Assembly: GCA_016177305.1 (NCBI GenBank)
Contig: JACOVK010000061.1
Span: forward strand, 1-40,985
DNA length: 40,985 nucleotides
Source: Parcubacteria group bacterium
Lineage (GTDB): Bacteria; Patescibacteriota; Patescibacteriia; UBA2169
Direction: 5' to 3'
Made by a program: the position numbers and the translations under genes. The notes under the pieces are model-generated. The model saw only the letters and a list, made by a program, of their open reading frames with translations. It did not search any database and had not been told where the DNA came from. Shown piece by piece: positions 1 through 8,577 of this stretch; the stretch's first letter is position 1, and every line of letters starts with the position of its first letter.

Positions 1-13
1 GCTTCGGCTTTCG

Positions 14-74
14 TCCGCCTCTTCCTCTAAGATTTTTTCTTAACTCGCGAGTACGCGAGCCCAAGAAAAAATCT
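14..74. repeat. Copy 1 of a conserved hairpin element. Outer 12-bp stem AGATTTTTTCTT/AAGAAAAAATCT, inner 6-bp GC stem CTCGCG/CGCGAG, plus a conserved flank TCTTCCT.
   Basis: Read directly. Outer arms at 30-41 and 63-74, inner arms at 44-49 and 54-59. A second copy lies at 12783-12842 with an identical outer stem and a compensated inner stem. Confidence 0.7.
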
Positions 75-96
75 GTAAAAATACAAAAGAAGTATA

Positions 97-351
97 TCAA
101 ATCATGCCTTTTTGTAAAGGTATTCCGTCCGGCACTTCCAAAACTTTCTCGCGCGATGTTTCGCCCCGGACAATACGGATGCTTGACTTGGAAACGCCCC
201 ACGCGTCCGCCAAAAACGCAACCAAGGCTCTGTTGGCTTTTCCCTCAACCGGCGGCGCAGCAATGCGCACCCGCAAGATGCCGTTTTTAAGCCCGACAAT
301 TTTATTCTCTTTTGAACGGGGCGTAATTTTTATAGTGATGCGTTGCGGCAT
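97..351 (-). CDS. DUF167 (YggU/UPF0235) family protein
   Basis: 84 aa with an ATG start. The segment ...RVRIAAPPVEGKANRALVAFLADAWGVSKSSIRIVRGETSREKVLEV matches the YggU pattern APPV(D/E)GkAN..L..FLa...v.ks.i.i..G..sR.K. Confidence 0.8.
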   Translation of the reverse strand: MPQRITIKITPRSKENKIVGLKNGILRVRIAAPPVEGKANRALVAFLADAWGVSKSSIRIVRGETSREKVLEVPDGIPLQKGMI

Positions 352-364
352 ACCATCATACTAC

Positions 365-407
365 TACAAAAAAAGAGAGGCCGCACTGTACAACATGTAG
401 TGCGGCC
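365..407 (-). terminator. Rho-independent terminator of the tRNA operon
   Basis: Stem GGCCGCAC/GTGCGGCC (379-386 / 400-407). On the minus strand it is followed by CTCTCTTTTTTTG. Confidence 0.6.
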
Positions 408-415
408 CCACAAGA

Positions 416-541
416 TGGTGGAGTCTGAGGGACTCGAACCCCCGACCGGAATCTCGCGTCTCCACGAATCAGCCAAGCGCTTGGCTTGATGCGCCGAACA
501 ACGACGTTCAATTCTGCTCTATCCGCCTGAGCTAAGACCCC
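416..541 (-). tRNA. Atypical 126-nt tRNA. It has an Ala-type acceptor (G3:U70, A73, encoded CCA), canonical D and T arms, and 56 nt between the anticodon-stem strands instead of a 7-nt loop. No anticodon could be identified.
   Basis: Minus-strand reading: GGGGTCT TA GCTC AGGCGGATA GAGC A GAATT [56 nt] GATTC CGGTC GGGGG TTCGAGT CCCTC AGACTCC A CCA. The insertion contains a 16-nt perfect palindrome, AGCCAAGCGCTTGGCT. Confidence 0.5.
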
Positions 542-677
542 AACCTATAAGGTGCGCCGCAGCCTCAATGAAGAATGCGTCAGCCTTTGAGAGGACTCAC
601 CTCTGGACGATCCAGAGGCTAATCGGGGAGTACGATGATCCGTAACCCATTGATAGCGGCGCACGTTCGGAAAGAAC

Positions 678-753
678 TGGAGCGGGCGACGGGAATTGAA
701 CCCGCAACCTCCGCGTTGGCAACGCGGCGCTCTACCAATTGAGCTAAACCCGC
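678..753 (-). tRNA. tRNA-Gly(GCC)
   Basis: 76-nt cloverleaf: GCGGGTT TA GCTC..GAGC G CCGCG TTGCCAA CGCGG AGGTT GCGGG TTCAATT CCCGT CGCCCGC T CCA. The anticodon loop TTGCCAA gives GCC. Confidence 0.9.
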
Positions 754-790
754 TCCAAAACCATTGCATTGCGAAACAACGATAAAATCC

Positions 791-819
791 AGTTTATAAA
801 AATTTCCAAACTATGTCAA
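791..819 (-). promoter_or_regulatory. Sigma70-type promoter of the tRNA-Gly / atypical-tRNA operon
   Basis: On the minus strand: TTGACA (819-814), a 17-nt spacer, then TAAACT (796-791). The predicted start is about 30 nt upstream of tRNA-Gly. Confidence 0.55.
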
Positions 820-842
820 GCTCTTGCGCAGGGGGCCCCTAT

Positions 843-2129
843 CTATTTTGAAACTTTCTCCGCCAATGTTCTAAAAATCTTCCGGCTCGCAAGCATGTTG
901 CGGACATAGTCGCGGTATTCGCGGCTCTCAAGCTCTGCCGCCAGTTCAGGCTGGGATGCATACGCCTTTTTGGCGATGGCAAGCTCGCGCGCAACCTCAT
1001 CATCGCTCACTTGCACCCTTTCTTGCTTGCCGAACTCCCGGCCCACTAGGCTGATTTTAACGCGGTGCCCGGCTTTGGGGCGGAATTCTTTTTCCAGGTC
1101 CTCTTTTGACTTTTTGATGCTCTCAAGATAATCCCCAAACTTCATGCCCTGGCGAATAACATTCTGCTCAAGCTCAGCGAGCATCTTCCGGGCCTCGCGC
1201 GCAATGAGCTGATCCGGAATCTCGCCAAACTCCGACCGCTTGACCAGCTCGTCCATGGCCGCCATTTCAAAGCGCTCCCGCTCTTCGCGTTCTTTTTCGT
1301 ACTGCAGGCTCCGGCGGATCTGCTCGCGCAAATCTTCCGCAGTCTGGCTGTGGCCAAGCTCTTGTGCGAACGCATCGTCCATTTCGGGTACGGTGCGCTC
1401 AAATACTTGTTTGACGGAAACGCTAAACTGCGCGGGCTTGCCGGCCAATGACTTTGCGTAGTACTGCTCCGGAAATTTCAGTTCAAACTCTTTTTTGCCG
1501 CCCGCTTTCAAACCAATAATTTGCTCTTCAAAGCCCGGAATAAACCTGCCTTCACCGAGCGTCAATGGAAAATCTTTAGCGGCGCCGTGCTCAATCACCA
1601 CGCCGTCCCGTTTGACCTCCAAATCCAGAATGACTTTGTCGCCCTGTTTTGCCGGACGGCCGACTGCCGCCTCTGTGGCATGCATTTCCCGGATGGTTTG
1701 GACGGCCTTTGCAACATCCGCCTCCGTGGCGGCTGCGTCTTTCTTTTGAACCTTGATCTTGGAAACATCCCCGAGTACAACCGAAGGGAGCAGTACCATG
1801 ACCGCCTTGTAGGAAACGCCGAACGGCGGCACCATTTTGGTGATGCTGATGTCCGGGTTTCCAGCAACCTCAATGCCGCGCTCGCGGATCGCGCTCTCAA
1901 GCGTTCTGCCCACGATTGCCTGGAGCGCTCCTTCATAAATCTTGGCTTCCCCGCCCACGTGGCGGCTCAAGATATCGTACGGAGCCGCGCCTTTTCTAAA
2001 TCCCGGAACCTCAATGTGCCCCGCGAGGCGCTTGGCCGCAGCCTGTAAATCCCGCTCAATATCAGCGCGCGCGAGCTCAACCGCAAGCTCCAAAACAGCC
2101 GGGTTTGGTTTGTTCTCGGTAATCTGCAT
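843..2129 (-). CDS. tig: Trigger factor
   Basis: The N-terminus MQITENK...EVPGFRKGAAPYDIL carries the PGFRKGk.P ribosome-binding signature. An FKBP-like middle region (GDKVILDLE..DG) and a long helical C-terminal domain follow. I used the ATG at 2129 because the longer ORF would overlap plsC. Confidence 0.9.
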   Translation of the reverse strand: MQITENKPNPAVLELAVELARADIERDLQAAAKRLAGHIEVPGFRKGAAPYDILSRHVGGEAKIYEGALQAIVGRTLESAIRERGIEVAGNPDISITKMVPPFGVSYKAVMVLLPSVVLGDVSKIKVQKKDAAATEADVAKAVQTIREMHATEAAVGRPAKQGDKVILDLEVKRDGVVIEHGAAKDFPLTLGEGRFIPGFEEQIIGLKAGGKKEFELKFPEQYYAKSLAGKPAQFSVSVKQVFERTVPEMDDAFAQELGHSQTAEDLREQIRRSLQYEKEREERERFEMAAMDELVKRSEFGEIPDQLIAREARKMLAELEQNVIRQGMKFGDYLESIKKSKEDLEKEFRPKAGHRVKISLVGREFGKQERVQVSDDEVARELAIAKKAYASQPELAAELESREYRDYVRNMLASRKIFRTLAEKVSK

Positions 2130-2145
2130 GAAACGTAAATCTACC

Positions 2146-2811
2146 TTACGCTGCGCATTCGTGCAAGCGGGGACGCTTTGCGCACAGCTTGCCAATCTCA
2201 ACCATAATACGGTCCGTTACCTCATACAAAAGCTCGCGGGTCACCGGGGTGCTTCGGTAGCCCGCAAGGTTAATCGGCTTGCCGAATGCTATTGCAGCCG
2301 TATTGCGCTTAAAAAGAAACTCACGAATGGCATCCGCAGCGCTGGTGATGTGCGGCCCCTGGTACCCGACCGGAATAACCGGCGCGCCCGTCGCGAGCGC
2401 AAGCCGCGCAACCCCCGTCTTTCCCAGGGCGAGCGAACGCGGATCCGCATTGCGCGTCCCTTCCGGATACAGGGCAACCGCCTCATTGCGCGCGAGCGCA
2501 GCCGCTGCCTGCTTTAAAACTTTTGCCGGAGCGCGCCAGTCAATAAGCAGCGTGGCGAACCAGTTGCGCAGGGGCTTGGTCCACCAGGGACCCCACCAGT
2601 AATCGTCACGCGCCACAAACCAAACCGGCACCCGGTTTTGCAGGTAGGAAAGCGTTCCTAAGAGCCACTGGTCCGGAATGCTTACGTGGTTGCTGGCGAA
2701 GATGAAGGGCCCTTGGGCGGGAATGTTGCCAAGCCCTTCGGCTTTCCGGAGAAACGCGAAGTATGTAAACCGGAACAGTGGCCGCAGAATGGGGTACAGC
2801 GTGCGCGGCAT
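2146..2811 (-). CDS. plsC: 1-acyl-sn-glycerol-3-phosphate acyltransferase family protein
   Basis: Acyltransferase motifs NHVSIPD (NHxxxxD) and YPEGTR are present. The start is ATG at 2811, with an alternative GTG at 2817. Confidence 0.8.
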   Translation of the reverse strand: MPRTLYPILRPLFRFTYFAFLRKAEGLGNIPAQGPFIFASNHVSIPDQWLLGTLSYLQNRVPVWFVARDDYWWGPWWTKPLRNWFATLLIDWRAPAKVLKQAAAALARNEAVALYPEGTRNADPRSLALGKTGVARLALATGAPVIPVGYQGPHITSAADAIREFLFKRNTAAIAFGKPINLAGYRSTPVTRELLYEVTDRIMVEIGKLCAKRPRLHECAA

Positions 2812-2817
2812 AGCCAC

Positions 2818-4812
2818 TTAGACTAAAAAGCTCACCATCAAAAGCGCAACAATGTTAATCACTTTGATCATGGGGTTGATGGCCGGGCCTGCGGTGTCTT
2901 TGTACGGATCGCCGACCGTATCCCCGGTCACGCTTGCCGCGTGCGCCTCGCTTCCCTTGCCCCCGTGCCCGCCTGCTTCAATCAATTTTTTGGCGTTGTC
3001 CCAAGCTCCGCCGCCGGTGGTCATGGAAATGGCCACGAACAATCCCGTAACAATGGATCCGACAAGCATGCCCCCCAGGGCAACGGGCCCCAAAAGCCAT
3101 GCAACGACAATGGGCGAAAGCACGGGAATGAGCGCGGGCACGAACATTTGGCGCAAGGCATCCTTGGTGACGATGTCAACGCACGTGCCGTAATCCGGCT
3201 TAGCGCGCCCCTCCATAAGCCCGGGGATCTCCCGAAACTGCCGGCGCACCTCTTCCACCACCTTGCCCGCGGTTTTTGACACTGCTTCCATCACGAGCGC
3301 GCCGAAATAGTAGGGCAAGAGGCCCCCAACAAAAAGCCCGATGATCACGAGCGGATCCGAGAGCCGGAATAAAAGCTCGCGCCCGTGCAAAACAAATTCC
3401 TGGGAGTACGAAGCGAAGAGCACCAGCGCGGCCAATCCCGCGCTTCCGATGGCATAGCCTTTGGTGACCGCCTTGGTGGTGTTGCCCACGCTATCCAGCT
3501 TGTCCGTAACCTCGCGGACCTCTTTGGAAAGCCCCGCCATCTCCGCAATGCCGCCCGCATTATCCGTGATTGGGCCGAACGCGTCTATGGCAACGATTAT
3601 GCCGGCAAGCGAGAGCATGGAAACCGCGGCAACCGCGATGCCATAGAGTTCGGCAAGCCCGTACGATCCCCAGATTCCGAGGGCAATGACAATCACCGGC
3701 AGCGCGGTTGCGCGCATGGAAAGCGCGAGCCCGGCAATGATGTTCGGGCCGTGCCCTTTGGTGGATGCTTCGGCGATTGTTTTAACGGGCTGGTATCTGT
3801 CGGACGTGTAGTACTCGGTGATGATAACCAACAGCGCAGTCACGCCAAGCCCCACGAGAGAAGCGTAAAACAAGTTCAACGGAAGGTAGTGGCCGTTTCC
3901 GTCCATGAGCGCGAGTGTGGCGTAGTAAAACCCGATTGCCGCGAGCGAGCCCGATGCAACCAGTCCCTTGTAGAGCGCGGCCATGATGTTCTCTTTGCGC
4001 CCGAGGCGCACAAAGGCGAGGCCGATGACGGACGCCACAATGGAGATGCCGCCCAAGACGAGCGGGTACAGAACCGCGTTTTCAAAATCGCCGAACACCA
4101 GCGTCCCTAAAAGCATGCTCGCCACCGCGGTGACCGCGTACGTCTCAAAGAGGTCGGCCGCCATGCCCGCGGTGTCCCCCACGTTGTCTCCTACGTTGTC
4201 CGCAATCACGGCCGGGTTGCGCGGATCATCTTCGGGAATGTTCTTTTCCACCTTGCCGACCAGGTCAGCGCCGACATCCGCGGCCTTGGTGTAGATGCCG
4301 CCGCCCAGGCGCGCGAAAATAGAGATCAAGCTTCCTCCGAATCCCAAGCCGATGAGGGCGTTCACATCATGCGTGATTGCGTAGAACCCGGCAACACCGA
4401 GCAAGCCCAGGCCAACCACTAAAAATCCGGTGACGGCGCCGCCGCGCACCGCAACGGCCATTGCTTTTGAGAGGCCCCGGCTCGCCGCATGCGCCACGCG
4501 CACGTTCGCGCGCACCGCAACATTCATGCCTACGTACCCGGCAATTGAGGAAAGGGCTGCGCCGGTCAGAAAACCCCATGCTATGCTCCAGGAAAGTCCG
4601 AACCCAAGCGCAAAAAACACAAAAAATGCCACGACCGAAATGGTTCGGTACTGGCGGTTGAGGTATGCCTTGGAACCTTTTTGGATTGCCTCGGCGATTT
4701 GGCGCATTTTTTCATCGCCGGCTTTGCGGCCCAGCACCCAGGCCGCGAGAATCACGCCCGCGACAATGGCGAGCACGGAAGCTCCCAATGAGAAGAGAAG
4801 GTACGTAGACAT
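2818..4812 (-). CDS. hppA: Membrane-bound H+-translocating pyrophosphatase with the K+-independent signature
   Basis: 664 aa and polytopic. Motifs [18 protein letters not shown] and [18 protein letters not shown] are present, together with [10 protein letters not shown] (the Lys/Thr variant). Confidence 0.93.
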   Translation of the reverse strand: MSTYLLFSLGASVLAIVAGVILAAWVLGRKAGDEKMRQIAEAIQKGSKAYLNRQYRTISVVAFFVFFALGFGLSWSIAWGFLTGAALSSIAGYVGMNVAVRANVRVAHAASRGLSKAMAVAVRGGAVTGFLVVGLGLLGVAGFYAITHDVNALIGLGFGGSLISIFARLGGGIYTKAADVGADLVGKVEKNIPEDDPRNPAVIADNVGDNVGDTAGMAADLFETYAVTAVASMLLGTLVFGDFENAVLYPLVLGGISIVASVIGLAFVRLGRKENIMAALYKGLVASGSLAAIGFYYATLALMDGNGHYLPLNLFYASLVGLGVTALLVIITEYYTSDRYQPVKTIAEASTKGHGPNIIAGLALSMRATALPVIVIALGIWGSYGLAELYGIAVAAVSMLSLAGIIVAIDAFGPITDNAGGIAEMAGLSKEVREVTDKLDSVGNTTKAVTKGYAIGSAGLAALVLFASYSQEFVLHGRELLFRLSDPLVIIGLFVGGLLPYYFGALVMEAVSKTAGKVVEEVRRQFREIPGLMEGRAKPDYGTCVDIVTKDALRQMFVPALIPVLSPIVVAWLLGPVALGGMLVGSIVTGLFVAISMTTGGGAWDNAKKLIEAGGHGGKGSEAHAASVTGDTVGDPYKDTAGPAINPMIKVINIVALLMVSFLV

Positions 4813-4828
4813 AGTAAATACCCGTTAA

Positions 4829-6115
4829 TTATGTATCTGACTTTGGCGCATCCTCCGCAACTTCAGCGGAGGAGGAATCCCCCTGGGCCGCCGCTTCGGC
4901 AACGCTCGCGCCCGAAACAGGCGCAGGCTTGATATCAATCTTCCAGCCCGTCAAGCTTGAGGCTAGGCGCACGTTCTGGCCCTGCTTGCCGATTGCCAGG
5001 GAGAACTGGTCGTCCGCGACAAACGCTTCCGCGGTCCGGCTTTCCTCGTGCAGCGCCACGTCCACCACCTTTGCCGGAGAAAGCGCGTTCTTGATGAACG
5101 CAACGTCTTCGCCTTCCCAGGCAATGATGTCAATCTTCTCGCCCCCAAGCTCGTTGATGATGAACTGCACGCGCGTGCCGCGCTGGCCCACGCACGAACC
5201 CACCGGATCCACGTTGTCTGCTTCAGTCGCAACCGCTATCTTGGAGCGCGATCCCGGCTCGCGGGCGATTGATTTAATGAGCACCACGTTGTCCGTGATT
5301 TCCGGAACCTCCATTTCAAACAGTTTGCGCACGAGCTCCCGGCTTGAGCGCGAGACGATCACCTCTGGCCCGCGGCTTGAGGTTGCGACTGATTTGATGA
5401 AGAACCGCAATTGGGAGCCGGGCGAGTAGTGCTCGCTGCGCACCTGCTCTTGGGGCGGCATGATTGCGGTTGCCTGGCCGATGTCAACCAGCACGTTGCC
5501 CGCCTCCATGCGCTGGATGGTGCCGTTGATGAGGCTTCCCTCTTTGTCTTTGTACTCGTTGAACACCACCTCGCGCTCTGCCTCGCGCAAACGCTGGATA
5601 ATCACCTGCTTCGCGGTCTGCGCGGCCATGCGCCCGAACTCTCCGGGAACCGAAAGCTCCTGCACCAGCTCTTCGCCGAGCTCCGCATCCGGCTTGATCT
5701 CTCGGGCCGCGGTAACCATAATCTGGGTTTTCGGGTTGAACCGATCTTCGTCTTCCTCCGCTCCCTCGGCCGCTCCCTCGGCGGCCTTCGCTTCTGCGCT
5801 GGCTTCTTTCGGTTCCTCGGCTTTTGGCTCGGCAGCGCCCGCTCCGGCCTGCTTCTCCTCCGGAGCCTCGGGCGCCTCTCCAACCACGTTGCCCTCCTCA
5901 TCCAGCTCCTGGTCCGCTACCACGGTTTTAATGTCGTACACCTTCATGGCCATGGTTTCCGGATTAAAATCAACCTTCAGGTTCTGCATGCGGTTCCCGA
6001 AATCCTTGCGGTACGCGGCCGCAAGAGCCTGCTCAATGGTAGAAAGCACGCTTTCAACGGAAATGTGCTTTTCGTCGCAGATTGCTTTGATTGCTTGCAG
6101 TACTTCTTTTGACAT
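4829..6115 (-). CDS. nusA: Transcription termination/antitermination factor NusA, with an acidic/Ala-rich insertion in the N-terminal domain
   Basis: The protein has an N-terminal domain, an S1 domain and KH domains (..GSRSKIAV..DPVGSCVGQRGTRV.., ..AIGKQGQNVRLAS..TGWKIDI). A low-complexity insert spans about aa 70-125. Confidence 0.9.
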   Translation of the reverse strand: MSKEVLQAIKAICDEKHISVESVLSTIEQALAAAYRKDFGNRMQNLKVDFNPETMAMKVYDIKTVVADQELDEEGNVVGEAPEAPEEKQAGAGAAEPKAEEPKEASAEAKAAEGAAEGAEEDEDRFNPKTQIMVTAAREIKPDAELGEELVQELSVPGEFGRMAAQTAKQVIIQRLREAEREVVFNEYKDKEGSLINGTIQRMEAGNVLVDIGQATAIMPPQEQVRSEHYSPGSQLRFFIKSVATSSRGPEVIVSRSSRELVRKLFEMEVPEITDNVVLIKSIAREPGSRSKIAVATEADNVDPVGSCVGQRGTRVQFIINELGGEKIDIIAWEGEDVAFIKNALSPAKVVDVALHEESRTAEAFVADDQFSLAIGKQGQNVRLASSLTGWKIDIKPAPVSGASVAEAAAQGDSSSAEVAEDAPKSDT

Positions 6116-6171
6116 AATGGATTGTTCTTACAAAAAATAGCTAGTCTACAATCGTAAACTAGCCTATATAC

Positions 6172-6199
6172 ATGATAGCACGCCTGGCAATATTGGCAA
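6172..6199 (-). promoter_or_regulatory. Candidate promoter of the nusA operon
   Basis: On the minus strand: TTGCCA (6199-6194), a 16-nt spacer, then TATCAT (6177-6172). Confidence 0.35.
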
Positions 6200-6223
6200 G
6201 CTTTCACCAAGATTTCACAACTT

Positions 6224-6253
6224 AAAAAGCCCTGCTGCGCAACAGGGCTTTTT
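6224..6253 (-). terminator. Rho-independent terminator, bidirectional in form (A-tract/T-tract)
   Basis: AAAAAGCCCTG-CTGCGCAA-CAGGGCTTTTT lies 4 nt downstream of the stop codon of the 6257-7942 gene. Confidence 0.85.
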
Positions 6254-6256
6254 CAG

Positions 6257-7942
6257 TTAAAACATGGGCGGAGGGGGCGGGGGCAAATCGTCCGGCCCGT
6301 CAAACCCGGACCACGGCTCAGAGTGGGGAGGCTTATCCTTGGACTCGGTATTTTCTTTCCTCTTTTTCTCTCCCCCAAGGGGCTCTGCGCCATACGGCGG
6401 GCGCACCGAATCCGTGTGCGGCGCATCCCCGGGCAGCCGGGAGGTTCCGGAGGGCTCTGCGCCGGAGGCGCCCTCGTCTTCTTCCCGGAAAATGTTCACC
6501 ACGCGCTCTCCGAGCTGGGCGCGCTTTTCCTGGATGTACCACACCAGAATGGAAAGCAGAAGAAATACGAGAATGACAATGCCGATGACGAGCGACGTGT
6601 TGAGCGTGAATTTCTGGGGCGCCTCGTCCGGCAACCGGACCACGGCTCCGGGAGCCAGTTCCACAACCCCGTCATCCGGCGACTCGGCAGCCTCGTTGTC
6701 CGCAACAGCAACCCTATCCTGCTCCGTGGATTCGCCTAGCACGGCATCGTCGTCCGCCACTACCCGGCCCTCGGGTTCTGTTGCAACTTTTTCGGGCAGC
6801 GCATCCGGCACCACCGGCTCTTCGGGCAAAGCCAGCTCATCTTTGACGGTCAAGGGCTTTGGCGCCTCTGGCGCGGAAACCGAAATCGGGGGAACTTGCT
6901 CTGCCTTAGGTTCTTCGCGATCAACGGGAGCAGGAGCTTCGCCCGGCGCCGCAACCGCCGCCTCGGCCGCTTCCCCGACCTGCCAGAAGATTGGAGCTGA
7001 ATTATTGGAAAGCTTTCCGCGGTCAGATGCGTACGCCTCAATAACGTGCCTGCCCAAGGTGAGGGCGGTGCGGGGCTGCCACGCGAAGCTGATAGCGCCG
7101 GATGGATCCTGGCCGAGTGGAATGCTCTGTGCCAGCTTGCCGTCAATCACGATTGAAACGACAAAACTGTTCTTTGCAAGACCAGCGACAAACGGCCGCT
7201 CAATGCCGGAATCCGCATTTACCACGGGCCTCGCCAGCACCGGCGCCGGTGTCCGCGGAAGAACGGCAATATCCACGGAATTGGAAGCAAAGCTCTCTTT
7301 TCCGCGCGAATCGCGGGCAACGGCCATAATCGTGTGCGCTCCGAGTGAAAGGCCTTTAAGTTCAACGCCAAAGCTTGCGGTACCCGAAGCATGGTTGCGA
7401 ACCTTGGCGCGGGCGTGCTCTGCGCCATCAACCAAAATCCTGACCAATGAACCATTCCGCGCGACACCCCCCGCCCAGACCCGGTCCTGCCCAAGCTTGG
7501 CTTGGGTTTGGGGGACCAGAAGCGTTGGAGCTGGGTTCGGAATGATGGTGATGAGCGTTACCAGGCTCTTTTCGGAAAGCTCGCCCGTCTCTGCGGCGCG
7601 CGCCTGAAGCTGGATGGCGTGCCCGCCGGATCCGAGCGGCAAAAACGGAGCGTACGCAAACCGGCCGTCCTTGACCTTGGCCGTGCCATTGAGCGCGTTG
7701 TCAATAAACACCAGGACTTCGCTTGAGCCGGAAGCCCTGCCGGAGATTGGGGGCATAGGCGAATCAAACTGTTGCGCCTGTACCGGAGTTGAAAGCACTG
7801 GGGCTTCCGCCGCAAAAACGCTCGGTGCGCCAAGCAGCGCAAAAACCGCGCTCCACGCAATTCCGAGCACTGACGCAGTTACAGTATATTTTACGCTTTG
7901 CAGAAAAGAGCGGCTTACAAGCGTTTGCGGTGCAATGGCCAT
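6257..7942 (-). CDS. Secreted, C-terminally membrane-anchored protein with repeated Ig-like modules and a Pro-rich cytoplasmic tail
   Basis: Signal-like N-terminus (..GAPSVFAAEA). A module of the type G(A/H)H.I.A.A.D..G..S recurs three times. A Glu/Pro-rich linker, a TM segment (LVIGIVILVFLLLSILVWYI) and a tail ending PPPPPPMF follow. AGGAGG lies upstream of the ATG. Confidence 0.6.
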   Translation of the reverse strand: MAIAPQTLVSRSFLQSVKYTVTASVLGIAWSAVFALLGAPSVFAAEAPVLSTPVQAQQFDSPMPPISGRASGSSEVLVFIDNALNGTAKVKDGRFAYAPFLPLGSGGHAIQLQARAAETGELSEKSLVTLITIIPNPAPTLLVPQTQAKLGQDRVWAGGVARNGSLVRILVDGAEHARAKVRNHASGTASFGVELKGLSLGAHTIMAVARDSRGKESFASNSVDIAVLPRTPAPVLARPVVNADSGIERPFVAGLAKNSFVVSIVIDGKLAQSIPLGQDPSGAISFAWQPRTALTLGRHVIEAYASDRGKLSNNSAPIFWQVGEAAEAAVAAPGEAPAPVDREEPKAEQVPPISVSAPEAPKPLTVKDELALPEEPVVPDALPEKVATEPEGRVVADDDAVLGESTEQDRVAVADNEAAESPDDGVVELAPGAVVRLPDEAPQKFTLNTSLVIGIVILVFLLLSILVWYIQEKRAQLGERVVNIFREEDEGASGAEPSGTSRLPGDAPHTDSVRPPYGAEPLGGEKKRKENTESKDKPPHSEPWSGFDGPDDLPPPPPPMF

Positions 7943-8205
7943 AGTAAGGTAACCCTTTCCTCCTTTAGGATTTTAGTCTTATGCAGAAAAGGCAAGCAGC
8001 TCTATGCTCATGCCTCTTCCAGCTGGTCTGTTGATAGAAAAGGAATAAGATCTAAGCTGCTTGCCTCCTGCAAGCCTTACTACGGACGTTAAAAGAACTA
8101 GCTGTATTGTAGCCTAAAAAAATAAAAAACAAAACACCTAAATTCGCTGGAAAAAGAGCTTCTGTGGGTAATGGTGTGCATAGCCTATGGATAAGCTTGG
8201 AAAAT

Positions 8206-8577
8206 TTAAAAATCCATGGGCTCAAACTGGGCCTGGTGGTGCCTGATGCGCAGTTTTCCCGGACCAGAGCCTGGGCTGATGGTAACCACATCAATCCTGA
8301 AGTTCTCTACTCCGTTTAGGCTAATGTAAGCAAAAATTGTCTTCCGAAGCTTTCGTTGTTTTTCAAAATCAATTGATTGCTCCGGAAGGCCGCGCAAATT
8401 TTTGAGCCTGGTTTTTACTTCAACAAAAACGGTTTGGTCCTGGTCCTTGGCAATGATGTCAATCTCCCCAAACCTGCTCGTAAAGTGCTTTTTGAGTATG
8501 CGAAATCCGCGGCGCGACAAATACCATGCCGCAATGTTTTCTCCCCGTGTTCCCAAATTCTGCGAAGCCTGGCCCAT
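8206..8577 (-). CDS. yraN: YraN family (UPF0102) endonuclease-like protein
   Basis: GENIAAWYL..RGFRIL.....SRFGEIDIIAKDQDQTVFVEVKTR matches the YraN pattern. The ATG at 8577 overlaps the upstream stop (TGATG). Confidence 0.8.
   Translation of the reverse strand: MGQASQNLGTRGENIAAWYLSRRGFRILKKHFTSRFGEIDIIAKDQDQTVFVEVKTRLKNLRGLPEQSIDFEKQRKLRKTIFAYISLNGVENFRIDVVTISPGSGPGKLRIRHHQAQFEPMDF

Noticed and set aside
416-541. tmRNA, archaeal bulge-helix-bulge intron or group I intron as explanations for the long tRNA.
   Set aside because: A tmRNA is about 350 nt and lacks a canonical D arm. The motif next to the anticodon-type stem is a symmetric 3x3 internal loop plus a 4-bp helix, not staggered 3-nt bulges, and no splice choice restores U33. 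At 49 nt the insert is far below group I intron size. The feature is therefore reported as unresolved rather than as a named intron type.
545-769. 74-aa ORF on the minus strand.
   Set aside because: It overlaps both tRNA genes and the structured spacer, and its translation is Arg/Ser-rich with no start context.
6264-7607. Long antisense ORFs opposite well-supported genes: 6264-7607 (+), 25195-26289 (-), 29933-30886 (+), 35521-36480 (+), 10996-11847 (+), 33485-34354 (-) and 5411-6112 (+).
   Set aside because: Their translations are Ser/Ala/Arg/Gly/Pro-rich with no motifs, which is typical of the reverse frame of GC-rich genes. The opposite strand in each case carries unmistakable family signatures (FtsH, PBP1A, GT4, TrxB, TyrRS, NusA) or a signal peptide, RBS and terminator.
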